A stretch of DNA of 64,000 bases from Fistulifera solaris. Its lineage: Eukaryota. The notes beneath the pieces were generated by a model that ran no database searches, had not been told where the DNA came from, and saw nothing but the letters and a program-made list of their open reading frames with translations. The translations under genes were made by a program, and so were the position numbers. Below, piece by piece: positions 25,263 to 35,822 of the stretch (position 1 is the first letter of the stretch; each line of letters begins with the position of its first letter). Location of the stretch: contig AP026179.1 in the NCBI GenBank assembly GCA_030295235.1, positions 248,001 through 312,000 of the forward strand, in the 5' to 3' direction.

Positions 25263-26350
25263 TTAGAAACGAGCACCGGTCGGACCGAAGAGTTCCGTCG
25301 GATTGAGGCGACGCGTAATATCCGAAGTATCGGTCGCTTCGCAGTCCCTCAAAGCAGTGACCGGCTCCGCAGCACGACGAAGCACATCTCTGATTTGGAC
25401 CGCAATCTGCATTTGAGCTGCAGCCAATAACGTTTACGCAGTTGTTGTCGCGCCAGCACAACGGATATCCTTCCACATCCACATCGCAAACGCAATCATA
25501 TATGCCGACACGAGGATACTGCGTGCAGATCGGAGTTGGAAGCGTGCACTGCCAGTCCGAAGCTACGAGTCCTCCTCCACAGGAGCAAGATCCATTGTCG
25601 ATGTGTGAACAGCCGACTAAGGGGTCACAGATGTCGTCCGTGCAGGGATTGTTGTCATCGCAGAGCAACGAACTGCATAAGGCGCACTGCACCCCAGCAT
25701 TTCCCTGCCCTGGATCGGAACCGTCTTCTAAAGTGCAAATGGGGTATTTTCGGGGACACTTTATTCATTCAAAGCAATACATAATCCGTTGTTAGTCACG
25801 TGGTAGCTCATGAGAAGTAATTTCATTGCGACAAGACCCGAGAAACAAAGCAACTTACACCTTTATCGAAGCCTAAACGACTCGTATCGAAGCATTTTGC
25901 TATGCAATTTGTACCAAAACTGCGAAGGGCTGGACTTTGCCCCGCATCATCAACACACACGGGTGCGGTGGGTGGACAGCCGTCGTCAATGTCGTTGGGA
26001 TCAAGAGCAGTGGGGATCGAATTGACACAGACTGCACAAGCCGTTCCTTCCACGTTCGCGGCCAACGGGCGAGTGCCCACGCAAACGCGAAATTCTTCAT
26101 CGCAGCCTTCATCGGGGGCGACTTGACCGCTGTTCCTCGGAAAGCGCGAGTTAATGCACAAGGCGCAATGATGTCCAGCATTGCCTCCGACTACCTGACC
26201 ACCATTCGCGTACACACACGTGGGGAACGCTTCGGTGCAACCTTGATCGATCACTTCTTTACCAAGATCGCGACATGGTGGACCGGCTTGGACGCCAGAT
26301 TTCGCTACCGTCGAGAAGATTAGGAATGTTCCGAGAGATAAAAGACGCAT
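25263..26350 (-). CDS. Secreted Cys-rich CTDC-repeat protein, copy 2. Intron 25759-25858; indel at 25346-25348
   Basis: Paralog of 19874..21122 with the same intron position (DKG|CPRKYPIC). It lacks the first Cys module. The corrected end is ITRRLNPTELFGPTGARF. Confidence 0.8.
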
Positions 26351-27474
26351 CTACAGCACAATTGTAAGCAGAAGAGACGAAACAAACTGCAAGGGCTGCG
26401 TCTCTTACCTGTGATCGTTTCAATGAGTCAATGTTGCGGTCGACAATTTATGATTTTTCTGAGCTCTGAGCCGTCTGGCAAAATCCTTGATGAGGTCTTA
26501 TGAAACTTGATACATGAAACCTGGTTCTCGTTCCTTGCCGGTTTGTCAATGCGAAATGCGAGGCATAAATAATTGATTAATGGATTTGCGATCTTTATTT
26601 CTTAACACTGGAAACCGGAAACTGCGGAAATGATAAGCGATAAGCGAGAACAGTAAAGTGGCAAGGAGAACCTCCAACTTCTTAGATCATATAGCCTATA
26701 GCTTTTGATTAGCTCAGTCTGAACTTGATCTACTGCCTGCGTTGCAGAGATCTAGAGAACAAGGAAATCTCTACAAAGAGAACTTTCAACTTCGCAGAAC
26801 CAATACTGCTCAGCTTGAAAATAGACCCACAGTATAACAGATACTCCTAGAGAACAAAGATACCCCATACCCCTCCAAAGGAGAAAGAACCTCTGTAGGC
26901 AGAGCAACTAACAATAAACAATAAATGATACGGAGTACGTAGACACGTAGTACGTAGTACTTTTATCTATTGTCACGCAGTACACAATACAAACCAGTTC
27001 TGTGAATTTTCTAGAGGCTCTCTACCTGGTAACATCACTGGGACATCATACATCATGCAGTCAAGAATCATTTCGAATGTGCAAGAGAAGGAGGAATCCA
27101 GTGACAAGGAGCAAGGAGCAGATGTAAAATTGGTAGAATACAAGTACTTGTATCTTTATTCCTTTTAAGCCACGATCTTAAAAGACAAGAGAATTTTTGC
27201 GAACTGTGCTAGTTGAAGATTGCATGCACTTTTCTAAATCAACGTGAATTCAAGAAAGATCCGCGCAAGATCCGATCCAGGACCCTCGAAAAGGCTGTGC
27301 GATTTCCAACGTGCAAAACTTCGTTAATTTGTCACAAGCGTTTGTGATTTGCAAAGCATTGTAAGAGTTGTGAAATAGCGATGTGAGTATTTTTGCCGTA
27401 AACGATCTCACAATGTTTTTTCTCCGCCTCTTTGTTCAGTAGCTCGCTCGTTGTAAAGCCCAAACAGAACAACC

Positions 27475-28101
27475 ATGCGAAGATTCGTTTCATGTATTTT
27501 CCTTGCCTTTTCCCTTGTCCCATCCGTCACAGATGCAACGGAGGTCCTAGCCGATCCGGAACCATTGACGTATCAAGAAAAAGAGGCGATGCTTCACGGC
27601 AACGGCAATCGTCGTTCGATGCGAGAGCTTCAATCATCCCTGTCATACAAGGGCCAAATCTGCAGCTCGGAAACACAAGGAATGATGGCATGTGGTACCT
27701 ATGGAACACAATGTCAGCCCGATCAATGGGAGTACTGGCTTCTGAATCTGCAAATCGGCACCGAGTACGTCATCGAAGTCGACCGCGTCATCTGTGGCAT
27801 GGATCCTGCGCTGGTGCTATACGATGGTATCGGAACAACTTTTCCACTGGGGTGTGTTTTTGAGCCTGGCAATACCACTGAACTAACGTGGATTGCTGAG
27901 GCCGACGACAACGATCAAGTACCAGCGTATTGTTTTGAAGAGTTCTCCCCCTTTGGAGATCCCAAAATCACAGTCATTCCAGACACCGAAGGACCCTTCA
28001 CTCTAGCCGTTGTCAATTACGGATCGGATACTGGATCCTGCACTGGAGCTCGTGGTTTTCAGTACAAGGTAATCATCAATCCTCCTCCTTCGTGCCCTTG
28101 A
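27475..28101 (+). CDS. Secreted PPC-like protein, copy 3 (intact)
   Basis: 208-aa ORF with a signal peptide, RSMRELQ, and the conserved Cys and PPC-like pattern. Confidence 0.75.
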   Translation: MRRFVSCIFLAFSLVPSVTDATEVLADPEPLTYQEKEAMLHGNGNRRSMRELQSSLSYKGQICSSETQGMMACGTYGTQCQPDQWEYWLLNLQIGTEYVIEVDRVICGMDPALVLYDGIGTTFPLGCVFEPGNTTELTWIAEADDNDQVPAYCFEEFSPFGDPKITVIPDTEGPFTLAVVNYGSDTGSCTGARGFQYKVIINPPPSCP

Positions 28102-28797
28102 TGAGCAGATCGACTGTTTTCTTGTTGGCAATGGATCGTCCTTATTCACAGCACAGCTTGACATGGTTCCAAACATTAACAGCAGATAAAAACGGATACT
28201 TGTTAACCATCACAAACTCCATTTCACTCTCAATTGTAGATTATTGTAACAAGTTCATTCTTTCAATGAAATCTGACAGTACTTGCATTACGATAGTCGA
28301 CCCGTCCGACTTGAAATGGTTCTATTGACTCATTACTTGTAGAACAGAGACTTGAGCATTTACCTATCATATTGTTTGCTTATTTCTATCGGAGGTACTC
28401 CGTATTTTGTTGCCTGTGAAATTTGAAACGCGTCCAAATTTTTTGGCGCGCCTGTCGTCGCGGTCGGCAGCGACGTCCAGATCCCAGTCACGCTCATGAC
28501 GGGAATACGGAAAACGAAACACCAACTGTTCGTTCGTTCGTCCGTCCACACGCAAAGCGAAAGTGAACCATTTCTCGTTTTTTTTTGCCATGCGATATGA
28601 TGATGATGATGATGATGATATTGATCATCATCATCTTGTCGTTTGTCGTTCAAGTGAAGTGAATTGCGAACAAGAGAAAACGCAGATAGCAGCTAGCAAA
28701 TGGAGCGAACAAGAGGTACAAATAGAAGCAATTAACTTTCAACATTACCGAAGGATCATTTCGTCCGCATCTACTCTGCGAACATTTTTTCTTGACA

Positions 28798-30044
28798 ATG
28801 ACGAGTGAATTATTATCCACGGAAGCCCCTTCACGTAATCGCCGTTCCGCTTTGTATTTACTCATAACCGTATGCGTGTGGTCTTTCTTCTTTCTCGTGC
28901 AAGAACGAGAGAGTTTGACATTATTAGCGTCGTCCTTACAAGGACGATCTTCATCGCAACAAGTCGTAACGAGCAGAAATTATATTCGCAACATTGACGA
29001 GACTTATTACAGTTACAATAGCACTCACAGCAATGAAACAATTCACATATTATTCGGTTTAAAAGGAAAAGATCCAGCGTTTCTAGCAGAATTTCAAGTT
29101 GCACTCAAAAATGTGTTATTGCAAGCACCGCTCGATCAACCCATGCACATTCACATTATGGCCGATGAAGAAGCCTATCAATCTATTACAGTCAAACAAA
29201 GACAACCCGTCGATCCCCTTTGCGTCTTTGTTCCGTCATTGCATCAAAAGTGGATGGCGATTCAACCTGTACAAATCCATATCTACAATGTTCAACAATT
29301 GCTCGAACAAGTATGGACGCCCTTCTTGAAAGACAAATTTCAATCTTACTCGTTTCAAAGCATGACGGGACATCATACGGTAGGAGCTTTCTTTCGTCTC
29401 TTGGCGCATCACATTCTATTACGACACGATCCCACCATACAGTATGTCATTTATCTGGATCCGGATGTGCTTTTTTTAGCCAATGTACAAGCAGCTTGGG
29501 AGGAACGACCCATTCATAATCCCGATATTTTGTTTGCGTGGGGCGCCAGCATGTGTTCGGGGTTTTTGCTACTCAATGTGCAACGCTTACATGTCTTTTG
29601 GCAATTGTCCGATACGTTGGATTTACAAAAGTCGCCTCACAATACAAACAATCACCCAACGATCAATTGTTTTTACGGGCCATGAATGTCACACATCCCG
29701 ACAAGGTTAGGCTATTACCACCGGCGTGGGATATCAACATTGCCGATGGAATTTGGAAAATGGCCAAAACCATAGTGTATGAAAGACCCCAAATCGGGAT
29801 GATGCATTTCAATGGTGGCCCGCACCGGACACCACCTGAACCGTACTACAAAGTCCACGAATTTTTGACCAAACCCGAATTGGTAGAGACCTGGGGTGTG
29901 GCCTTGTATTATGCGCGAATGCCGTGGACGTGGGCGCGGTATCTCGCCGAAAGTCAAATTCCAGCGAACCGTCCTTCGTATCCGCTACAAGTGCATCTAC
30001 ATCCGACGAGTTGTCCGGAAGGAAATTGTTCGGTTAGTCCATAG
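28798..30044 (+). CDS. GT8-like type II membrane glycosyltransferase (indel at A4 29627-29630)
   Basis: N-terminal TM segment, FFRLL, DxD motif YLDPDVLF, CSGFLLLN. After +1 correction: NDQ and MMHFNGG. Confidence 0.8.
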
Positions 30045-30083
30045 AACTGTCGATGTGATTATAGAATTTTATACTCTACTTGC

Positions 30084-31395
30084 TTATGCGCGGTTCTGTT
30101 TCCATTGCACCAATCGACGACCCATTTCGTTCATGGCTTCGACACCACCATGGGGCCACGTGTAGACAATACGGAACATACCCGGCTTCTCACCGTGAAA
30201 GCTTTCTCCCAATGTCAACAACACATTGGCCTCATCATACAACTCCATCCACAATTCTCGCTCGGTTTGATTCGGACGCAAATACGCGGAAAAATCCGCC
30301 CACGCAAAGAGTGTTCCTTGGGTGCCTTCATACACCGAAACATCAATCCGTGCTAAAGCCTCTTTCGTGGCCAAGAACACTTCGTACAATCGTTTTTGAT
30401 TTTCCGCCAAATACCAATCTCTCCATTCTTTGTCATTCAACAGTTGTGTGAACGCCCATTGGGTCAATTGTGAAACACCATTGTAATACGACAACATCCC
30501 CATTGCCTCGTACAAGGCCGTGTTGTGTGTCATTAAGGTCCCGACCCGCAAACCACTAGCACCCCAATCTTTCGAAAGACCGGCCACAATGTGCACGCGA
30601 TCACCCAAATAGTGCGTGGCATTGATATCTTTGTTGCGTTCCCACATGATTTCGGCCGCACTCGTGACGTGGATTCCCGGAAAGACGGAATTGCCATAAA
30701 TTTCGTCCGATACCACGTGCAAATCGTGTTCCAAGGCCCAATCGATCATGGTTTGCATGCTTTCTTTCGAATACACAGCACCCGTCGGATTGTGTGGTTG
30801 ACAGATGAGAAGAATGCGGGGAATATGACCCGCTTGTCGGGAGGCATGATACGCCTGTTCAAGATCGTGACGTGTCGGTTCATAATTCGTCAAAGGAAAG
30901 GTCGGTAGGAGTTGCATATGCAAATGACCGTGAATACCGAAATCGCCCGGAAAGGCGGCATAAATAGGACCATTTACCAAGACCCCCTCGGAAGGTTCCG
31001 CCAAAGTCCAGGACAAGACATCGAGAATGGCTCCAGCGCCACTGCCGATCACGAGAGCCTCGGAACGAACGGGGACACCCTTCATCCACGAATCTTCCAT
31101 CATGTGCGCCAACGCTTGACGAAAGGTCGTGTGACCATGAAAGTCATCATAGTCCAACACCCATTCTGGAATCATGGTGGAAGTGTTATGCATGGAAGTG
31201 AGTAATTTTTGTGACAATTCTGGATAGAGGAGACGATTTTCGGCCACTAAGAGACTGAGTTTGCCGTCAGGATTATCGATAGGATGATATTCATTCGCTT
31301 TAGCGTCCATGAATACCGAAATATCATCACGAACTAAAGGAATGATGGCGCGCGACGACAAATGATGCGGGCCTTTCGGAGTGAGTTTGGATGTG

Positions 31396-31438
<43 letters not shown>

Positions 31439-31709
31439 AAGGCGATGCCTGAGAGAGTACATTGACTGTCGTCGTCGTTGATTCATTTGTGCCCTGAGTT
31501 GCCAAACAAACCAGAAGAAGGAACAGGAGACTGATACTCAAGAGACTGTACGACAAACATCGTCGATGATGCAAAAGAATGTTCGTGTTGGTTCGATCGT
31601 CTTCCGAAGACAGTTTGTTGTCGATTGTGTCGTCCTTATTTTTTTGTGTAATCCGAATCGATTGATAATACGAATAGTTGGTCGTATTGGTTGTTGTTGT
31701 TGTTTTCAT
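30084..31709 (-). CDS. ACC-synthase-like PLP-dependent enzyme (aminotransferase class I/II) with an N-terminal TM segment and His14 tract
   Basis: AENRL, DFHG, PHNPTG, DEIY, GLSKDWGASGLRVG (PLP lysine) and PGMFRI match the ACS boxes. The start could be 31769 or 31709. Confidence 0.85.
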
Positions 31710-32039
31710 GGTGATCAGAGTAAGATAAAAAGAGCAGTACGGTACCGTACCAGGTAAGCTTTGATCCATTCGCCGAAGATAGCATCAGGAATTGGCAATG
31801 AAATTGAATGAGATCGAAAAAATTCCTCCGATAAACGCAGCTGCACCGCGCGAGCGAGGAGGAAGATCGAAGATGTTCGTGGCGTTACTAATATTATCCA
31901 GTAGAGTGTAGTCGGACAGGACTGCTGATGCAGTCACGAGCTACAGAAACGACAGAATAGTAAAAGTGGCCGTTTATTATTACGATGATATCCATCAACT
32001 ACAAGTTTCCCCTTTAGGATGGGCGATGCATTGGTTCAT

Positions 32040-33560
32040 CACGATGTCACAAGTTTACCCCACAGAGGGAAATCAATCAAAACGCAGTATTGTTCCTGTA
32101 ATATCCGTGACTGCACAACCCAGATGCCAAAAAAAATTGTGGAAGGAGATTTATTTTGAACAAAGTGCTCCTTTTCCTCCTGATTATGCTTTTTTGATTC
32201 TTTGGCCTTTTTTTTGCAAAGATGCATTCATTCCTATCCTATTCATGCACATCGTGAAGCCTTTCGTTTGGTGCGACAAGGTGGTGTGTTTTGTCGTTTT
32301 CGATGTCATAATGGTGAGATTGACGAAGAAGTCGAGCAGTTTGCGCAAGTGCAAAAGACAATAAAATAATGCGATTCCGGATTGGAAGGATTTACTACAA
32401 GTACATTGCCTCAATGTCACGAAAGATATACACAGTAGTTTAGTTTTCAGCTCATGCTACAAAAACTGCTGACGAGTTTGGAGACTCACAAGCACGATCG
32501 TGATTTTTTGTGTCGGAGCAATACCAGGTACTATCAACAAATTCATAGACGCATCAAACAAATTGATTGATCGTGGACTCATTCAGTGGTGCGTGTTCTA
32601 CCAGTATGCTCGAAAGCCCGTGGTGCTTCAATTGCGTTGTCACACCTTCGCTTCCTTTAGTTTACTGAATACGTCCGCAAGGATGGTTGTGAAAGAAGAC
32701 GACTGACTTGACACAGCCTCCTTTCCGTTGTCGTTGTCGACATGATTTTGACGCCCAAGCCATGCTCATAAATAGAAGCATTGCCCTCTTCCGTGTCATT
32801 GTTGATTACCATGAGTGCAGGGTTGGATCACATTGACATGAGAGCAAGCCTTTGGAGGATCGCACTCCTTGGCATTGGAATTGATTGCGAAGGAATTTGG
32901 TACGCCAAATTTGTTGCCTGGCTTCTGGATACCGAGATTCTATACCACGTTCTACAAACATCTCGGAATGCTGCCACCGAAGCAGAATAGCATTTGCGAT
33001 ACTATGCCCGATCTTAAGGAGATGGTGTCCGGGTGTGTCATTTTGGTACCTCTTTGTCCTCTGACAGTGCAAATACGTAATCTGATCCATGATGGATGTT
33101 CTTTCCCAGTTGCCTTCCCATGCCGGACTATTGAATCTGTCTTGTGGTGGAGTTGTCGATACCGAAGCCTTGACACAGGCTTTGCAGGCAAAACAATTCC
33201 GATACGCGAGATTGGATACGACCGCTCCGGAACCCCTTCCCCCCAGAGCATATATTGTTTTATTGTTCCACACTTTGCTATACCAATACAATGACTCTTC
33301 GCCGTGCCTTGGTTCAGGATATTCAGCCCTTGATTGAAAATTACTTCGGTTTAGGGGGTAAATGCAATGATGAGTGAGTTGTGGTTCCGCCGGAGAGCCA
33401 CTTTTTCAAACAAATGTAGATAACCCGAGTATCCGCTAGAAACAAGGGCATTTGCATAATATATTTCCTATAGACGGATACATTAAAGGATGCTTTTATG
33501 GAATCAGTCCAATAAACCACATAAACGTCATAACCCCGCATGACGTACGCTCCGTGACAG
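32040..33560 (-). pseudogene. Fragmented coding-like region, possibly the degenerate 3' part of the DUF6824 gene
   Basis: Short broken minus-strand ORFs. GGRGSGAVVSNLAYRN near 33240 resembles a DUF6824 start motif. Confidence 0.3.
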
Positions 33561-33567
33561 ATGCTGC

Positions 33568-34794
33568 TCAGACTTGCTCGTCCGCATTATGTAATCTTGT
33601 TTGAAACAGACGTTTCCTCAAGTCCAATATTTCGACATCTTCAACAACTGGATAATGTGGTGCGGTTGGTACCACGAGTGGAGAACGACATTGGACACCT
33701 GTGTCTTTTGCGCTTCCAACTTGGAAAAAACGGGAAACCTCTGCCTTTTTGCGCTTCGAACTTGCAACTTCGATGCTCTCTCTTTGATCAAAACCAAGAT
33801 CAAGTATATCATTAGGCGAGTTTGCTTCCTCACTCAATGGAGTTAGCTGTACTTTGTCTGGCTTCTCAACTTCACCATTAAGCAGGTTTGCTTCCTCACC
33901 CAATGGAGTCAATTGTACTTCATCGAACTCCTTGAATTCTCCATTGTTGCTCTCATTTTGATCAAAACCAAGACCAAGTAAATCACTAGGCGAGTATGCT
34001 TCCTCACTCAATGGAGTTAGCTGTACTTCATCAAACTCCTCGAGTTCTCCCTTTACAAAGAATCAAAATAAAAGTCCTCAGTCTGTCAGTTTTGTGGTTA
34101 CAATAATTCATGTCGACTCAATTGCACACCGACTTACGAATTCGTCTTGTCTTGGTTTCTTTTCGCGGAGCGCCTGGCTCGTTTTCTTTCTAGCTATGCC
34201 ATCCCCCACATCATACCACTCTCCCTTCTTGTCATTTTGCAAGAAACGTCCGGGAGGATCTTGGTTTCTCCAAGCAAAGACAATCTTCTCGGCGAACGCA
34301 GTCTTTTCATTTTTTTGTTTAACCCAGTGTATTCCAGTTTATGATCGTTAACCATCTTCCTGTACCGCTTATTACCTTTGTGGTGATTCGTACGTCCTGT
34401 AACAAAAAGCAAGAAACAAACAAACAATTGAGCACCAAGTACATTCATTGTACATCCAACAAACCATATTCCCAACAGACGCGATACTCACCACCACGGC
34501 CTAATAAAACATCATGTTCGTGTGGTTCCGCGATATTTTTCAGCGGATAATTATCATTCCACCGTTTGGCGGGTTGTGGTGCCGGATGTGGATCTTGCTC
34601 TGCCGGTGGGTGTGACGCTGGATGCGGAGCTGGATGACGTGCATGCTCGGCCGCCGGGTGTCTGTCACCTTCTTTTTGTATTTGCTACGTAGCATTTCTT
34701 CAAACATTGCGTCTGACAAATCCTCATTCTCATCATCTTCGCTTGGTCGCTTTGCTTTTCCCTGGTCGACAGATTTACAATTCATGGTGATCAT
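33568..34794 (-). CDS. DUF6824-domain protein (diatom-expanded family). Introns 34397-34491 and 34051-34137; frameshifts present
   Basis: The spliced, corrected product reads HDVLLGRGGRTNHHKGNKRYRKMV...PPGRFLQ...WYDVGD..ARKKTSQALRE, the DUF6824 signature. Confidence 0.8.
33824..34030 (-). repeat. Three intragenic repeats encoding VQLTPL(S/G)EEA
   Basis: Near-identical cttcctcac(t/c)caatggagt..tgtactt units at about 33824, 33890 and 33998. Confidence 0.8.
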
Positions 34795-35316
34795 TTGCAA
34801 TCCTTACGAATTTGTTTTGAGTTGTGTGTACAAGGTGTTGGAATGTTCGTATTCTTTCAAAAAAAAAATTCTACGAGCGTCAAAAGATGCAAGATCTTTG
34901 CGAGCAGGAGTTTCAGTCGTGGAAAATAAACGATCCAAGGGACGATTCACTCATGATTCAAAAAGACCGGTTTCCGTCTTGGTCAACAACAGACAACACT
35001 TTTCCTAATAGAGCTTTTGGCTACGAAAAAGGCTATTGAATCTGTGTATGTCGGTACTGGAAAAGGCCGAACGAGGCTCTTCTAACGTCTTTGCGGAGTT
35101 TTGGAGCCATCCGAATGATGTTCGCAGACGCGCAACGCAACATATTTGGTTGTTCTCATAAAAATAATCATTTATTACTCCGTATTTCATTATCATTCTT
35201 CGAACCCCATCGAACCCCATCTTTTGAAATACAGAGACACTTCCCTTTACAATAAATCCATTGATTCATTCTTAGCTTCCTTTGCAACAGCAGCAGCAAT
35301 ACCTAACAATTAGAGA

Positions 35317-35700
35317 ATGATGACAACAAGAACCATCCAAGAAGACGCGATTCTCGCCACGCCGGAAGAAATTCGAACACTGTTGGCCAAGGATAACACG
35401 GTTATTTTGGATGTTCGAGGACCGGAAGAAATCTTAGAGACGGGTTATTTGAAAACGAAACGTCCGAGTGAGAAACGTCCGCATCGATGGATCCAATTGG
35501 CGTGTACACGAACGGAAGCATCGTTACTCGAATTGACAATGGATTCTCTGTTCGACACGAAAGATCAACCCATATTGATTCATTGCAAAAGCGGAAAACG
35601 TGCCAGCTTGGCGAAGCGTGTGTTGGAAAAAGCAGGTTACACGAATGTATGGAATGCGGGTGGATGGAATGATGTTGAGCCCTTTGTTGTGAAAGAATAA
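35317..35700 (+). CDS. Single-domain rhodanese/sulfurtransferase
   Basis: ILDVRGPEE, active loop HCKSGKRA, GYTNVWNAGG. Confidence 0.9.
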   Translation: MMTTRTIQEDAILATPEEIRTLLAKDNTVILDVRGPEEILETGYLKTKRPSEKRPHRWIQLACTRTEASLLELTMDSLFDTKDQPILIHCKSGKRASLAKRVLEKAGYTNVWNAGGWNDVEPFVVKE

Positions 35701-35822
35701 TGAAAAAAATATGTGGGAATATGTTCAATCCATAAAAGTGTAAATAAGATTTTGAACAAATAACTTCGTTTATAGGCTATAATGTCATACACATGAAGTC
35801 TCATCCGTCCTTTTCTCTTGTA

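Noticed and set aside
33824..34030. Spaced ~30-bp direct repeats resembling a CRISPR array
   Set aside because: Only three imperfect copies, all in frame within a coding exon, with unequal spacers, no cas genes and a eukaryotic context.
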